The position numbers and the translations under genes are program-made. Below the pieces are notes generated by a model, which was not told the DNA's origin, did no database searches, and saw nothing but the letters and a program-made list of their open reading frames with translations. 64,000 nt of DNA from Desulfobacterales bacterium (GTDB lineage: Bacteria; Desulfobacterota; Desulfobacteria; Desulfobacterales; YD0425bin51): the NCBI GenBank assembly GCA_015228685.1, contig JADGCY010000009.1:103589-167588 (forward strand). The letters are read 5' to 3'. Of this stretch, positions 41,210 through 48,225 are shown in pieces (the stretch's first letter is position 1; each line of letters starts with the position of its first letter).

Positions 41210-43150
41210 TTGGATTTAATTTTTATGAACGGTTATAAAAAAGATACTCTTGAAAGATGGACTTATGATAAGTCTGCAGATTTATATGGAATTCAAAATT
41301 GGGGAGCAGGATACTTTGACATCTCAGAAAAGGGCGATGTAGTTATAATGCCAAATAGAGGGAATAAAAACATTAGAACAAGTATTATGGATATTGTCTC
41401 AGGTCTAAAAGATAGAGGCTTTGATATGCCTGTACTCCTTAGAATTGAAAATATTTTAGATTCACAGCTTACGCGAATACATGAAAACTTTAAAAAAGCT
41501 ATAACTACATTTGGATATAAAGGAATTTATAAAGGAGTCTATCCAATTAAAGTTAATCAACAAAGAGAAGTAGTTGAAGAGGTTACACAATTTGGCTCCT
41601 GCTATCATCATGGCTTAGAAGCAGGGAGTAAAGCAGAGCTTACAGCTTCTCTTGCAATGTTGAAAGACCCTGAAGCATGTCTTATATGTAATGGTTATAA
41701 AGATGAAGAATTTGTTGATTTAGGTCTTTATGCAACAAAAATGGGCTTTAATTGTTTTTTTGTTTTAGAGATGCCAAGTGAACTTTCTTTGATATTAGAA
41801 AGAGCTGAAGCATTAAATATTAGACCTCTTATTGGCGTAAGAATCAAGCTGTCATCAACTGCAAGCGGACATTGGATAGAATCATGCGGTGACCGAAGTA
41901 TATTTGGTTTAAATACAACTCAGCTTGTAGCAGTTATAGATTGCCTTAAAGAAAAGAATATGCTTGATTGCCTTCAATTACTTCACTACCATATTGGTTC
42001 ACAGGTTCCAAATATCAGGGATATCCGTTCTGCAGTTCTTGAGGCATCCCAGGTTTATATTGGACTTGTTGCTGAAGGAGCTAAAATGGGATATTTAGAC
42101 CTAGGAGGAGGTTTAGCAGTTGATTATGACGGCTCTCACACAAATTATATGCATAGCAGAAATTATACTCTATACGAATACTGTGCTGATGTAATTGAAA
42201 CTATTATGGCAACTCTCGATGAGAAAAATATTGACCATCCTACAATAATAACTGAATCAGGACGAGCAACAGTTGCTTATTATTCTGTACTTTTATTTAA
42301 TATTCTTGATATAAGCCAATTTGAAGCCTTGCCACTTCCAGATAAGTTTTTAGAAACAACCCCAGAGCTTATTGTAAATTTATTTGAAGTTTTAACTTCA
42401 ATGAATTTAAGGAATATTCAGGAGTGCTACAATGATGCTCTATATTACAGAGATGAAATCCGTCAGCTTTTTAAGCATGGTGATATTAGTTTAAGAGAAC
42501 GTTCACTAGGAGAAATGATATTTTGGCACATTATCAAAAAAATTGCAGAAGAGTGTAAAAAACTAAAATATATTCCCCAAGAACTTAAAGATATTGATGT
42601 TGTTTTGGCAGATATTTATTATGGTAATTTTAGCGTATTTCAGTCTCTCCCTGATGCATGGGCAATAGATCATCTATTTCCTGTTATGCCAATTCATAGA
42701 TTAAATGAAGAGCCGACCCGTCAAGGTATTTTAGCTGATATTACTTGTGACTGTGATGGAAAAATTGATAAGTTTATTGACATTCATGGCGTAAAACGTG
42801 CCCTTCCTTTACATGAATTTAAAGCTGATGAAGAATATTATCTTGGAGTTTTTTTAGTTGGAGCGTATCAGGAAACTCTAGGAGATTTACATAATCTTCT
42901 TGGAGACACAAACGTAGTTACAATAAGGATAGGAGATGACGGAGACTATAGCTTTGTAAGGGAAAGTGAAGGAGATTCAGTTGCTGATGTTTTGACTTAT
43001 GTTGAATATGATCCCAAACAGATGATCATTGAATTTAGGAAAACAGCAGAAGAAGCTGTTAGAAAAGGTCTTATTACGCCCCATGAGCGAAAGAAAATTA
43101 TGGAAGCGTATGATGCTGGACTTAGAGGATACACATATTTCGAGAAATAA
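41210..43150 (+). CDS. speA: Biosynthetic arginine decarboxylase
   Basis: The N-terminal SpeA signature (WTYDKSADLYGIQNWGAGYF) and a PLP-dependent fold III decarboxylase layout. ~640 aa. Confidence 0.9.
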   Translation: MDLIFMNGYKKDTLERWTYDKSADLYGIQNWGAGYFDISEKGDVVIMPNRGNKNIRTSIMDIVSGLKDRGFDMPVLLRIENILDSQLTRIHENFKKAITTFGYKGIYKGVYPIKVNQQREVVEEVTQFGSCYHHGLEAGSKAELTASLAMLKDPEACLICNGYKDEEFVDLGLYATKMGFNCFFVLEMPSELSLILERAEALNIRPLIGVRIKLSSTASGHWIESCGDRSIFGLNTTQLVAVIDCLKEKNMLDCLQLLHYHIGSQVPNIRDIRSAVLEASQVYIGLVAEGAKMGYLDLGGGLAVDYDGSHTNYMHSRNYTLYEYCADVIETIMATLDEKNIDHPTIITESGRATVAYYSVLLFNILDISQFEALPLPDKFLETTPELIVNLFEVLTSMNLRNIQECYNDALYYRDEIRQLFKHGDISLRERSLGEMIFWHIIKKIAEECKKLKYIPQELKDIDVVLADIYYGNFSVFQSLPDAWAIDHLFPVMPIHRLNEEPTRQGILADITCDCDGKIDKFIDIHGVKRALPLHEFKADEEYYLGVFLVGAYQETLGDLHNLLGDTNVVTIRIGDDGDYSFVRESEGDSVADVLTYVEYDPKQMIIEFRKTAEEAVRKGLITPHERKKIMEAYDAGLRGYTYFEK

Positions 43151-43166
43151 AATTTAGGAGGTTGAT

Positions 43167-44345
43167 ATGTCAAAAGTTTTGATTATTGGTGCAGGCGGAG
43201 TAGGGCAGGTGGTTGTCCATAAGTGTTTGCAAGTTCCAGAAGTTTTCACAGAAATTTGCTTGGCAAGCAGAACAATAGAAAAATGTAATAAAATTGCATC
43301 ACAGCTTTCAAAGCCTATTAAAACAGCCAAAGTTGATGCTGACAATGTTCATGAACTGGTTAGTTTGATTTATGATTTTAAACCTGAACTAATTATAAAT
43401 GTTGCTTTGCCCTACCAGGACCTTTCAATAATGGATGCATGTTTAGAAACAGGAGTTGATTATTTAGACACAGCCAATTATGAGCCAAGAGATGTTGCAA
43501 AATTCTGTTATAAATGGCAATGGGACTATCAAGAACGATTCAAAAATAAAGGGATAATGGCTCTTCTTGGTTCAGGTTTTGATCCCGGAGTTACCAATGT
43601 TTTTTCTGCATGGGCACAAAAACATCATTTTGATGAAATAGATGAGTTAGATATCATAGACTGCAATGCTGGAGATCATGGACAGCCTTTTGCAACTAAT
43701 TTCAATCCAGAAATAAACATAAGAGAGGTTACTGCAAAGGGAAGATATTTTGAAATGGGAAAATGGATAGAAACAGATCCTTTATCTGTCTCAAAGATAT
43801 TTGATTTTCCTGAAGGAATTGGAGCAAAAAAGATATATTTGCTTTATCATGAAGAATTAGAGTCCCTTGCAAAAAATATCAAAGGTTTAAAGCGTGCTAA
43901 CTTCTGGATGACTTTTTCTGATAATTATTTAAAACATTTAGAAGTGTTACAAAATGTTGGAATGACAAGAATCGATCCTGTCTTATACAATGGTCAGGAA
44001 ATAATTCCTCTACAGTTTTTAAAAGCTTTGCTCCCTGATCCATCATCACTTGGTCCTCTTACAAAAGGGAAAACTTGTATTGGTTGCTTAATAAAAGGAA
44101 TAAAAAATGGAAAACAAAAAACATATTATATCTATAATATTTGTGATCATGAACAGGCTTATAAAGAAGTAGGCTCTCAAGCAATATCTTATACAACAGG
44201 TGTGCCAGCAATGATAGGCGCAATGATGATGTTAACTGATAAATGGCGCGGAAAAGGTGTATTTAATATGGAAGAACTTGATCCTGACCCATTTATGGAA
44301 AAATTAAATATTTATGGATTGCCATGGAAAGAAATTATCCTGTAA
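43167..44345 (+). CDS. Carboxynorspermidine/carboxyspermidine dehydrogenase (saccharopine dehydrogenase-like)
   Basis: Rossmann motif KVLIIGAGGVGQVV. Length 392 aa. It is immediately upstream of and overlapping nspC, as in CANSDH-CANSDC operons. Confidence 0.8.
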   Translation: MSKVLIIGAGGVGQVVVHKCLQVPEVFTEICLASRTIEKCNKIASQLSKPIKTAKVDADNVHELVSLIYDFKPELIINVALPYQDLSIMDACLETGVDYLDTANYEPRDVAKFCYKWQWDYQERFKNKGIMALLGSGFDPGVTNVFSAWAQKHHFDEIDELDIIDCNAGDHGQPFATNFNPEINIREVTAKGRYFEMGKWIETDPLSVSKIFDFPEGIGAKKIYLLYHEELESLAKNIKGLKRANFWMTFSDNYLKHLEVLQNVGMTRIDPVLYNGQEIIPLQFLKALLPDPSSLGPLTKGKTCIGCLIKGIKNGKQKTYYIYNICDHEQAYKEVGSQAISYTTGVPAMIGAMMMLTDKWRGKGVFNMEELDPDPFMEKLNIYGLPWKEIIL

Positions 44346-45481
44346 AACTTAATTTAGATCTTGTCAAAACACCAGCTTTTATTGTTGATGAGAGTCTAAT
44401 TAAGCGTAATTTAGAAATTCTAGATTTAGTACAAAAAAGAACAGGCGCTAAAATTCTCCTTGCTTTAAAAGGGTTTGCTATGTTTAGCCTATTTAGCCAA
44501 ATAAAAGAGACCTTACACGGAGTATGCGCAAGTTCTCCTCATGAAGCAAGGCTTGGATATGAAGAATTTGGAAGAGAGATCCACGCTTTTGCACCAGCTT
44601 ACAGCGAAATAGATATAAAAGATTTATCTTATTATTGTGACCATATTATTTTTAATTCTTTTCCTCAATGGAAAAGGTTTAAAAACCTTATTTATGAATT
44701 AAAACCTAAAATGGAATGCGGAATTAGGATTAATCCTGAATATTCTGAAATAAAGGTTAAACTTTATGACCCATGCGCTCCAAATTCTCGTCTTGGAGTA
44801 AGACTTAATTCATTTGAAGAAGAATATTTAGAAGGAATTTCTGGAATTCATTTTCACACCATGTGCGAGCAAAATGCTGATACCTTGATGCGTATTCTTG
44901 AGATTGTTGAGAATAAATTTGGAAAATATCTTCATAAAATGAAGTGGGTAAATTTTGGAGGGGGAAATCATATAACAAAATCAGATTATAATATCAATCT
45001 TCTTTGCGAAATTATTTTAAAATTTCGTGATAAATATAATGTCCAAGTTTACTTAGAGCCAGGAGAAGCTGTTGCTTTGAATACTGGTATCTTAGTCGCC
45101 TCAGTTTTAGACATTATAAATGATAACATTAAAATCGCAATCTTAGATACATCTGCAGCAAACCATATGCCTGATGTATTAGAAATGCCATACAGACCTA
45201 AAATTGTAGGAGCAGGAGATGCTTATGAAAAAGCTTATACATATAGACTTGGAGGTCTAACATGTCTTGCTGGAGATGTTATTGGTGATTATTCTTTTGA
45301 TGAACCTTTAGCTATTGGTTCAAAGATCATATTTTTAGATATGGCTCATTATAGCATGGTCAAAACAAATACATTTAATGGGATAAAACTTCCATCTATA
45401 TGTATATATGATCCTTATAAAGATGAATTAAAAGTTATTCGTGAATTTGGATACGAAGACTTTAAAGGGAGGCTTTCATGA
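44324..45481 (+). CDS. nspC: Carboxynorspermidine/carboxyspermidine decarboxylase
   Basis: PLP fold III decarboxylase with the NspC-like N-terminus. It overlaps the upstream dehydrogenase gene by 22 nt. Confidence 0.85.
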   Translation: MERNYPVKLNLDLVKTPAFIVDESLIKRNLEILDLVQKRTGAKILLALKGFAMFSLFSQIKETLHGVCASSPHEARLGYEEFGREIHAFAPAYSEIDIKDLSYYCDHIIFNSFPQWKRFKNLIYELKPKMECGIRINPEYSEIKVKLYDPCAPNSRLGVRLNSFEEEYLEGISGIHFHTMCEQNADTLMRILEIVENKFGKYLHKMKWVNFGGGNHITKSDYNINLLCEIILKFRDKYNVQVYLEPGEAVALNTGILVASVLDIINDNIKIAILDTSAANHMPDVLEMPYRPKIVGAGDAYEKAYTYRLGGLTCLAGDVIGDYSFDEPLAIGSKIIFLDMAHYSMVKTNTFNGIKLPSICIYDPYKDELKVIREFGYEDFKGRLS

Positions 45482-46170
45482 ATTTTAATAAAATACTGTT
45501 TATGATTTTAGTAGTTCTTATAGCTTTAGCATCTCTATTGATTTATTTTAAAAAAAATGATGCTGTTACAGAAAATAAACTATTAGAACAAAATAAGGCT
45601 ATCTCTTCAATGAAAATTGAAACAACAACCTATATCCCTGCCCATAAGAATAATATTTCCAAAGATAAAAAAGAAGAAAAAAAAGAAGCAACTTCTGAAC
45701 AGAATGATGAAGAAGATATTTCATCCGTAACTCCTCTTCCTGAAGAGGCTGCTCCATTTATTCCAAATTTAGGTGAAGCCAAATCTATTGATAAAGATGC
45801 TTATAAAAAAGAAATAGAGCAGATGAAAGAAGTCCTTCCAGGAAATATGATGATTCCTTATGAGCTTTCAGCGCCAGAAAGCAAAGAGCAGAATAAATTA
45901 TTTAGTGAAATATTTATGTTAGAAAAGAAAGTAAATGAAGGTTTAGCTACAAAAGAAGAGAAAAAAGAATACTATGCCAATAAAATTAAAATGGCAAAAG
46001 ATCAGATAGATATTATCAAATACTACCAAGGAAAAATAAAAAAAATAGAAACTGAAAATGGGAGTAAACATTTATCACAGGATGATTTAAAAGATGCTGA
46101 TAAAAAAATTGAAGAACTAAATAAAGAACTTGAGGAATTTAAAGCAAAGATAGCATCTTTAAACCAATAA
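45478..46170 (+). CDS. Hypothetical membrane-anchored coiled-coil protein
   Basis: N-terminal TM (ILFMILVVLIALASLLIYF), then a Lys/Glu-rich low-complexity coiled-coil. It has an ATGA overlap with nspC. Confidence 0.45.
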   Translation: MNFNKILFMILVVLIALASLLIYFKKNDAVTENKLLEQNKAISSMKIETTTYIPAHKNNISKDKKEEKKEATSEQNDEEDISSVTPLPEEAAPFIPNLGEAKSIDKDAYKKEIEQMKEVLPGNMMIPYELSAPESKEQNKLFSEIFMLEKKVNEGLATKEEKKEYYANKIKMAKDQIDIIKYYQGKIKKIETENGSKHLSQDDLKDADKKIEELNKELEEFKAKIASLNQ

Positions 46171-46198
46171 CTATTTTTTTTACCAGGAGACTATATAA

Positions 46199-46357
46199 AT
46201 GAAGAATGAAAAAAATGAAAATAATAAAGATAAAAAAGAAGATAAAGCTAAGCCTAAATATGTTCCTCCAAATATAATTACCTATACTGAAGAAGAGCTA
46301 TTGGAACAAATAGGACCAGCACAGGCCTGCACTGGACAGCCTTGTGGAATAAATTAA
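46199..46357 (+). CDS. Candidate RiPP precursor peptide (52 aa, unannotated)
   Basis: AGGAGA RBS sits 8 nt upstream of ATG 46199. Translation: MKNEKNENNKDKKEDKAKPKYVPPNIITYTEEELLEQIGPAQACTGQPCGIN. It has a charged leader-like N-terminus and a C-terminal core with two Cys. It ends 31 nt upstream of the rSAM/SPASM gene and is below the 60-aa ORF-track cutoff. Confidence 0.45.
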   Translation: MKNEKNENNKDKKEDKAKPKYVPPNIITYTEEELLEQIGPAQACTGQPCGIN

Positions 46358-46388
46358 ATGTTCCATAATTCTAAAAAATATTTTATTT

Positions 46389-47714
46389 ATGATATACCAT
46401 GTATGTAGTAAAGAAGAATATGTTTTTTTACACGAAAATAAGCCAAAATGGCTTATTTTGAATAAAACTGCAAGAGAGATTGCATTAAGCTTATTAAATG
46501 ATAAATCTATTGAAAATATAGCAAAAACATTAATCAAAAAGTATGGTATATCAAATGAAGTTGCAGAAAAAGATATAGCTTATGTTTTAAATGAGCTAAT
46601 ACAAAAAGATTTTATCAGTAAAGATAACTCTCCTTTATTTCAAAGAATTCCTGCATTAGAATCAGTATATTTTCATTTAACAAATAGGTGTAATCTTTTA
46701 TGCCCACAATGTTATATTGCTTTTGGGAAAGATCAAATAATAGATTTAAATATAGATCATGTTATTAAATTAATAGATGAATTAGTAGAGATTGGAGGTA
46801 AAAAGATTACACTTTCTGGTGGAGAACCTCTTCTATATCCATTCATAAAAAATGTTATTGATTATTCTTCAAAACATCTTGAAATTACAATGTTAACTAA
46901 TGGAACTCTTTTGGATAAAGAATGGGCTGAATATTTATCAGATAAACCATTACATATTCAAATCAGTATAGATGGCTCAAACAGTAATATTCATGATAAT
47001 ATTAGAGGCAAAGGTACTTTTGATAAAATAGTTAAAAGTGTTGGATACCTTCAAAATGCAGGTCTTTCAAAACATATTAATTTTTGCACCACTATTATAA
47101 AGCAAAACATGGATGATTTAGCTAATATAATAAAGTTAGCAGAAAAATTAGAAATCCCTCTTACTCGTTTTTTACCGCTTAGGAAAATTGGCAGAGCTAA
47201 TGAAAAATGGGATGAAATATCTGGCATGAATACAGAGGAATATGAAACATTATTTAACTACATGATAGAAAAGCAAAAATATAGCAAAGTAAAAATTACA
47301 TATGGGTCAAGTGGATTTCTCCTTCACATTCCTGATGATTCTTTAAAAGATTATATTTGGTGTCCAGTAGGTAAAATGATTACAATAGATATTCATGGAA
47401 ATGCTTATCCATGTGTTTTAATGATGCGTGATGAATTTAAACTTGGAAATATTTTTAAAGATAATTTATTTCAGATAATTAATTCTGATAAAATGTTAAA
47501 TACATGTTATGCACTTTCTAATAGGCGGAATAAAATATTAAAATGCGCGAAATGCTATTGGCGAAATTTTTGCCAATCAGGCTGTATGAGTCATGCTTTG
47601 GATTATAAAGGAACTGTGTGGGATACTGATCCTTTTTGCAATTTTCGTAAAAATGCTTATAAAAATGCTTTTGAAACTATATCAAAGATTGAAGATGAAA
47701 AAAGAAGTCAATAA
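46389..47714 (+). CDS. Radical SAM/SPASM-domain peptide maturase with fused N-terminal PqqD-like RRE domain
   Basis: CxxxCxxC (HLTNRCNLLCPQCY) and a SPASM Cys array (CPVGK...C, CAKCYWRNFCQSGC). The N-terminal ~85 aa resemble a PqqD-like winged helix (LILNKTAREIALSL...ISNEVAEKDIAYVLNELIQKDFI). Confidence 0.85.
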   Translation: MIYHVCSKEEYVFLHENKPKWLILNKTAREIALSLLNDKSIENIAKTLIKKYGISNEVAEKDIAYVLNELIQKDFISKDNSPLFQRIPALESVYFHLTNRCNLLCPQCYIAFGKDQIIDLNIDHVIKLIDELVEIGGKKITLSGGEPLLYPFIKNVIDYSSKHLEITMLTNGTLLDKEWAEYLSDKPLHIQISIDGSNSNIHDNIRGKGTFDKIVKSVGYLQNAGLSKHINFCTTIIKQNMDDLANIIKLAEKLEIPLTRFLPLRKIGRANEKWDEISGMNTEEYETLFNYMIEKQKYSKVKITYGSSGFLLHIPDDSLKDYIWCPVGKMITIDIHGNAYPCVLMMRDEFKLGNIFKDNLFQIINSDKMLNTCYALSNRRNKILKCAKCYWRNFCQSGCMSHALDYKGTVWDTDPFCNFRKNAYKNAFETISKIEDEKRSQ

Positions 47715-48225
47715 ATGGCAAGATATAATTCTTGAAATTTGGAAAAAAGAAAACCGCAAGATAAAACTTATTGTAAAAGGTTTTAGTATGGAACCTTATA
47801 TACATGCTAATGATACAATTCTTATAAATCTCTTGCCATATGATAAAATTAAAATTGGAGATATTACAGCATTTTTACAGAATGGTAAGATAGTTGTTCA
47901 TAGGATTATAAAGATAAAGAAGTATAAAGGTAAACTTTTATTTTGCCAAAAAGGTGACAATTTAACTGGATATAGCTGGATAGAATCAGATCAGATTATT
48001 GGCAGAGTTGATATAATAGAACGAGATAACAGAAAAATTTATTTTAAAAAACCGTCTAATGCTTTGCTAAATTTGTTTTTAGGAATATCAGGATTAGTAT
48101 TTATAAATATTTTTGAATTGTTAACTCCTTTAAAAAAATCATTATTTGGAAACCAAAGCTTACCAATTATTAAATTAATTAACTTTTGGAACCGCCTAAT
48201 ATATAAGTTTTATGTATTACAATAA
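47695..48225 (+). CDS. S26/S24-fold signal-peptidase-I-like serine peptidase
   Basis: GFSMEP (the GxSMxP nucleophile motif), GDI, and VVHRIIK aligning with KR(I/V)IG of SPase I. The start was chosen at the in-frame ATG overlapping the rSAM stop, as translational coupling. Confidence 0.6.
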   Translation: MKKEVNKWQDIILEIWKKENRKIKLIVKGFSMEPYIHANDTILINLLPYDKIKIGDITAFLQNGKIVVHRIIKIKKYKGKLLFCQKGDNLTGYSWIESDQIIGRVDIIERDNRKIYFKKPSNALLNLFLGISGLVFINIFELLTPLKKSLFGNQSLPIIKLINFWNRLIYKFYVLQ

